This document shows positions 59,885 through 64,000 of a DNA stretch of 64,000 nucleotides, in pieces (positions within the stretch are counted from its first letter, which is position 1; each line of letters begins with the position of its first letter). The position numbers and the translations under genes were made by a program. The stretch is taken from assembly GCA_963833425.1 (NCBI GenBank), contig CAWHXP010000003.1:128001-192000 (forward strand), written 5' to 3'. Origin of the DNA: an uncultured Methanosarcinaceae archaeon. Lineage in GTDB: Archaea; Halobacteriota; Methanosarcinia; Methanosarcinales; Methanosarcinaceae. The notes below the pieces were generated by a model. The model was given only the letters and a program-made list of their open reading frames with translations. It was not told the origin of the DNA and did not search any database.

Positions 59885-60749
59885 GGTTATGTTGCATAAA
59901 ATCATAATATTGAAGCAAAAATTTAGTTTCACAGCAAAGAACATAAAAAAGCAGAATATTTCTCAGATAACATCTAGATTTAGGCAGCTATTCCGAATAA
60001 CTTATTTAAAAAATTGACTTCAGCGAGAACAAATCGATTTAAAGTGTCAACCTATTTTTTTCTTATCATATGCATGATTTCAATTCCTTTTAAAGTCTTA
60101 CTGGCCGTATAAAAAGAGTGAAAGCTTAACATTGGACGAACTATTCGTTTTATAGATCCATGATTCTGTTCAACAATGTTATTCAAATACTTGATTTGTC
60201 GAAGGCTTACATTTTTAGGTAATATTTTTTCAGCTTTAAGTTCATATATAGCAGGTGGATAGGCTGAATTTTTCTCAACAATCATTACCTTTGGAATTTG
60301 ATTATGATTGTAACTCAAAGCTTTCTTAAATAAACGTTTTGCAGCAATTCTATCACGTTTTTCATTTAGCATAAAATCAACTGTATTTCCAGTTGAATCA
60401 ACTGCAAGATACAGATATTTCCATTCACCTTTTACCTTGATGTAGGTTTAGTCCAGTCTCCAAGAGTCATTGGTCGGTTTTAAATATTTATGTATCTTTT
60501 TTTCAATCTCAGGAGAATACTGATGTACCCATCTCATTAGAGTAGTGTGATCAATTTTTTTCCTCTTTCTGCCGTCATTTCCTTTAAATTTCTATAACTA
60601 ACTGGATATTTTAGATACCACCTTACGTATAAATAGGATAATTTCTCCTTCATAATGTTTCCACTTAAAGGCATTAGATAGCATACTATCATTATCTTGA
60701 TTTTCTCTTTATTTATTGTACATTTATGATGAATTTTTGCAACATAACC
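59885..60749 (-). mobile_element. IS6-family element with inactivated transposase
   Basis: TIRs ggttatgttgcataaa / tttttgcaacataacc; ATG 60684 MLSNAFKWKHYEGEII, KYLNNIVEQNHGSIK, GIEIMHMIRK; internal stop and frameshifts. Confidence 0.92.
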
Positions 60750-61091
60750 CTTTTTTGCATTTACTGTGCATCAATCGACCAAATACTCTCCATTCCTTTA
60801 AATGTTGGAGCGTCCAAGTTTTCAAACAGTAGGAAGAATAAATAGAAATTTTCAAAAGTATTAGAACTCATGTACTTGAGGTATAGAATCAAGGCTAAAG
60901 GGACTAAATGAGATAGTATGCCAGCTTAATGACTGGCTTCAAAAAAGACTGTAATCATGCAATTTTCATCTATTTTACTCACAAAATTGATGTGTTTCCC
61001 CCTTCAAAATCGAGGTTATTGTGATCTTCTTTTGCTTTTGACCATTCAATAAATCATATTTATTTGTGAGAAGTTAATTCGTTGAATTAAT

Positions 61092-62201
61092 TTAAATTTT
61101 AACTAAATTATAATCCCGGCTTCCAAGCCCGATTTTTTCTCCATACTTAAGTTGGTGAGTTCCATCTACCATAGGCCAAATGCCCCTGAATTTATCTGCC
61201 CCTTTTTCAAGGTTCGAATGTAGAGAGGAATTGGCAAGCCCTTTCTGCTTGTTCACAAGATCGTAGCTTGCCTGATCAAGGGCAACTGGGTCTTTCGAGG
61301 CAAGGATCCCTACATCTGGAACAATAGAGGCATCACTCCAGGGCACACAATCACAGTCAGGAGTAATCCTAAGAAGGAAGTTGATATAACCTACTCTACC
61401 CTTTTTTCCTTTTACAGCACCATATGCATATTCTGTAAGGCATTCAAGGAATTTCGAGATATCGTGTTCCCAGTCTATGTCGATGGCATTTACAGGGCAT
61501 GCTTCCATGCACTGTCCACAGCTGATACAGATATTAGGTTCGATCCTCGAAACATCCTCTAAAAGTGACGCAGCTCCGACAGGACACACCTCGACGCATT
61601 TTCCACAAGCTATACATTTTTCTTCAACAATATGTGGACTTGTACTTAGGTGCTGGTCCTTCTTGCCAGCCGTAGGGGCACAGCCCATTGCCAGATTCTT
61701 AATAGCTCCTCCAAAGCCGGCTACAATGTGACCTTTAAAGTGTGACACTACAATCATGGAATCTGCTGCAACAATGTCTGCACCTATCTTTACTGACTTA
61801 AAATTTTTTTGTCCGATCTCAATTTCTAATATATTTTGGCTCTTCAAACCATCCGAGATAATAAGCGGAGCCCTGACAACGGAATAATCAAAACCATGTT
61901 CTATTGCTGTTGTCAGGTGATCAACTGCGTTATGTCGGCTTCCGGAGTACAAGGTATTCGTATCTGTGATAAATGGCTTTGATCCGGCTGCCCTAATCAT
62001 TTCTACGATCTGCCTGACAAAAACAGGATTAATGTATCCATCATTTCCATACTCTCCAAAATGGATTTTGATCGCAGTTAGGTCATCTACGCCCAGAAGC
62101 TCGACAAAACCTGCCTTCTCAAAGAGCTTCTGAATTTTGCTTACCGTATTTTCCTGAGGATTTTTTGCCCTAAAATCTGTGAAATAGACATTACTTGTCG
62201 T
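61092..62201 (-). CDS. DUF362-domain iron-sulfur protein with 2x[4Fe-4S] ferredoxin insert; apparent ACG start
   Basis: Frame open from ACG 62201 (TSNVYFTDFRA, AIKIHFGEYGN), SHFKGH, two CxxCxxCxxxCP motifs, PDCDC. Confidence 0.85.
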   Translation of the reverse strand, partial: TTSNVYFTDFRAKNPQENTVSKIQKLFEKAGFVELLGVDDLTAIKIHFGEYGNDGYINPVFVRQIVEMIRAAGSKPFITDTNTLYSGSRHNAVDHLTTAIEHGFDYSVVRAPLIISDGLKSQNILEIEIGQKNFKSVKIGADIVAADSMIVVSHFKGHIVAGFGGAIKNLAMGCAPTAGKKDQHLSTSPHIVEEKCIACGKCVEVCPVGAASLLEDVSRIEPNICISCGQCMEACPVNAIDIDWEHDISKFLECLTEYAYGAVKGKKGRVGYINFLLRITPDCDCVPWSDASIVPDVGILASKDPVALDQASYDLVNKQKGLANSSLHSNLEKGADKFRGIWPMVDGTHQLKYGEKIGLGSRDYNLVKI

Positions 62202-63105
62202 TTGAGTCCCTCCTTGCGAGATCTAATTGAGTTAATGCATTATCCATAATAACAACATAGTTGAGAAAGTATTTTTTATTTTTTGTATTGCGCTACGGAC
62301 GGTAATTCTCAGAGAAAGACTGATTTATCAAGCTAGATAGTTATTCCAAAAGTGATATAGAGTATTGTTAATGTGCCCTACAGTTTTAAATTGACCTATT
62401 AAGCTGATCAAAAAGTTAATATAGTTATTAATATAAAATTTTTCTATAAACTAAATGTGCTTGATATATCATTCAGTTTGCTTCGATTCACAAATTTATT
62501 TTATCGATCTATAGGGGTATACAACTATATATAAAAATATATTAACTCTTATTATTAAAGCCATATTTAAATAATTATCTTGAAAATCGTTATGAAATAA
62601 ATACTTTATTTTGAGCAAAACATCTGTTTCCTATTCAATTCAGGATTAAGTATAGCTAGATATGAAGGTAATGATTCATAATTCTGGAAGAACAATGTAA
62701 CCTACGTTTGATAGATTCTGTGAATTGATATAGGATTTTATTACCACAGACGCATTTACCGTACAATGTTTTAGAAAAAATGAAAAAAATAAGAAAAACT
62801 TATTCACGATATCACTTTGAATCGTAAGAAGAAAATAGAAGCTGAACTTATCTATACATTAAGCTGTATATGCTTATTTCAAGATTATGGATAAATGAAT
62901 TTTCAGTTTGGAAAGATCTTTACTTAGCAATGCTTAGTGAATTTCACTTTTCTTGCTTATAGATGTCTTGGAAATACACTTTCTAAATAATAGTATAAGA
63001 ATTATTATTTTCAATTTACAATTTATGATTTGTAATTTAGATGAAACAAATCTAAATTGCGTTATATGATTATCGTTAACATTATAAATATACGGAGTCA
63101 CTAAT

Positions 63106-64000
63106 ATGCGAATCGGAGTTTATATTTGCCATTGCGGACTGAATGTTGCGGGAGTTATAGACGTTGTGGCATTGCAGGAAATGGTAACTAAACTGGAAGA
63201 TGTGGTGCTTGCTCGAGAAATTCAATTTTTATGTTCCGATTCTGGACAAGAAGGTATCGTCAAAGATATAAAGGAAAACAAAATAGATCGGGTGGTGATA
63301 GCTGCCTGTTCCCCTAGACTCCACGAAAATACCTTCAGGCATGTAATGGAAAAGGCAGATTTAAATCCTTATCTTATGGAAATGGTGAACATAAGAGAAC
63401 AGTGTTCCTGGGTGCACGCTGGAGATCCACAGATGGCAACTCAGAAAGCTTTTGATCTAATTAGAATGGGAGTTGCAAAGGCCAGGTTCCTGAAGGAATT
63501 GAGCGCTACAAGCTCTAAAGTCAGCAGAAATGTCCTTATTATAGGTGGAGGTGTCGCCGGAATTGAGGCTGCTCTGAACCTTGCAGAAGCTGGCTTCCTC
63601 GTAACAATGGTGGAAAGGGAGTCTACAATTGGGGGTAAAATGGCCCTTATGAATGAAGTATTCCCCACAAACGATTGTTCAATCTGCGTACTTGCTCCAA
63701 AAATGACTGAAGTTCAGAATCATCCGAACATCACTCTTTATACATATTCCGAAGTAACTGACATTTCAGGGTCTGTTGGGAAATTTCACGTAAAAATTAA
63801 ACGCAAACCTAGGTTCGTGCTCGAAAAAAAATGTAAAGGTTGTGTGGATCTCTGTTCAGTTGTCTGTCCTGTGGAAATCGAGAACCCTATGGACTATGGG
63901 GTAGGAAAGACCAAAGCAATATATATGCCAATTCCTCAAGCCGTTCCTCAGGTAGTGCTTATCGACCCTGATCACTGCGTAGGCTGTGGACTCTGTTCGC
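63106..64000 (+). CDS. hdrA: CoB-CoM heterodisulfide reductase subunit A (runs off the window end)
   Basis: MRIGVYICHCGLNVAG, AACSPRLHE, NIREQCSWVH, IIGGGVAG, FPTNDCSICVLAP. Confidence 0.95.
   Translation, partial: MRIGVYICHCGLNVAGVIDVVALQEMVTKLEDVVLAREIQFLCSDSGQEGIVKDIKENKIDRVVIAACSPRLHENTFRHVMEKADLNPYLMEMVNIREQCSWVHAGDPQMATQKAFDLIRMGVAKARFLKELSATSSKVSRNVLIIGGGVAGIEAALNLAEAGFLVTMVERESTIGGKMALMNEVFPTNDCSICVLAPKMTEVQNHPNITLYTYSEVTDISGSVGKFHVKIKRKPRFVLEKKCKGCVDLCSVVCPVEIENPMDYGVGKTKAIYMPIPQAVPQVVLIDPDHCVGCGLCS

Noticed and set aside
1..64000. CRISPR array or cas genes
   Set aside because: No regularly spaced direct repeats with unique spacers and no Cas motifs seen; the repeats present are dispersed TIR elements

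Overview
An AT-rich archaeal chromosome segment. The gene set (cobD-cbiB-cobZ-cobS-cobY, hdrA, F390 synthetase, secDF, pdaD, rfcS, archaeal GGAGG/GGTGA RBS) points to a Methanosarcina or close relative. About 23 apparently intact CDSs cover only about 20 kb of the 64 kb by my summed coordinates, and there are two tRNAs (Ala-GGC, Ile-GAT). The rest is long AT-rich spacer, pseudogenes and mobile debris. Pseudogenes include acetolactate synthase, arylsulfatase, DUF202, DUF1254/1214, a histidine kinase, a protein-glutaminase, a family-A DNA polymerase, a trypsin/WD40-SIR2-STAND NTPase cluster, a STAS/PIN cassette and a toxin-immunity-like pair. Mobile debris includes several IS5 and IS6 copies, at least three MITE families and a probable group II intron 5' fragment. 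The most notable points are the extent of genome erosion, two decayed defence-like cassettes, an archaeal PolA relic, two IS5 copies that share inactivating lesions but have different target duplications, and an ACG start codon on a DUF362 gene. All calls come from reading the sequence and recalled family motifs; no database searches were run.
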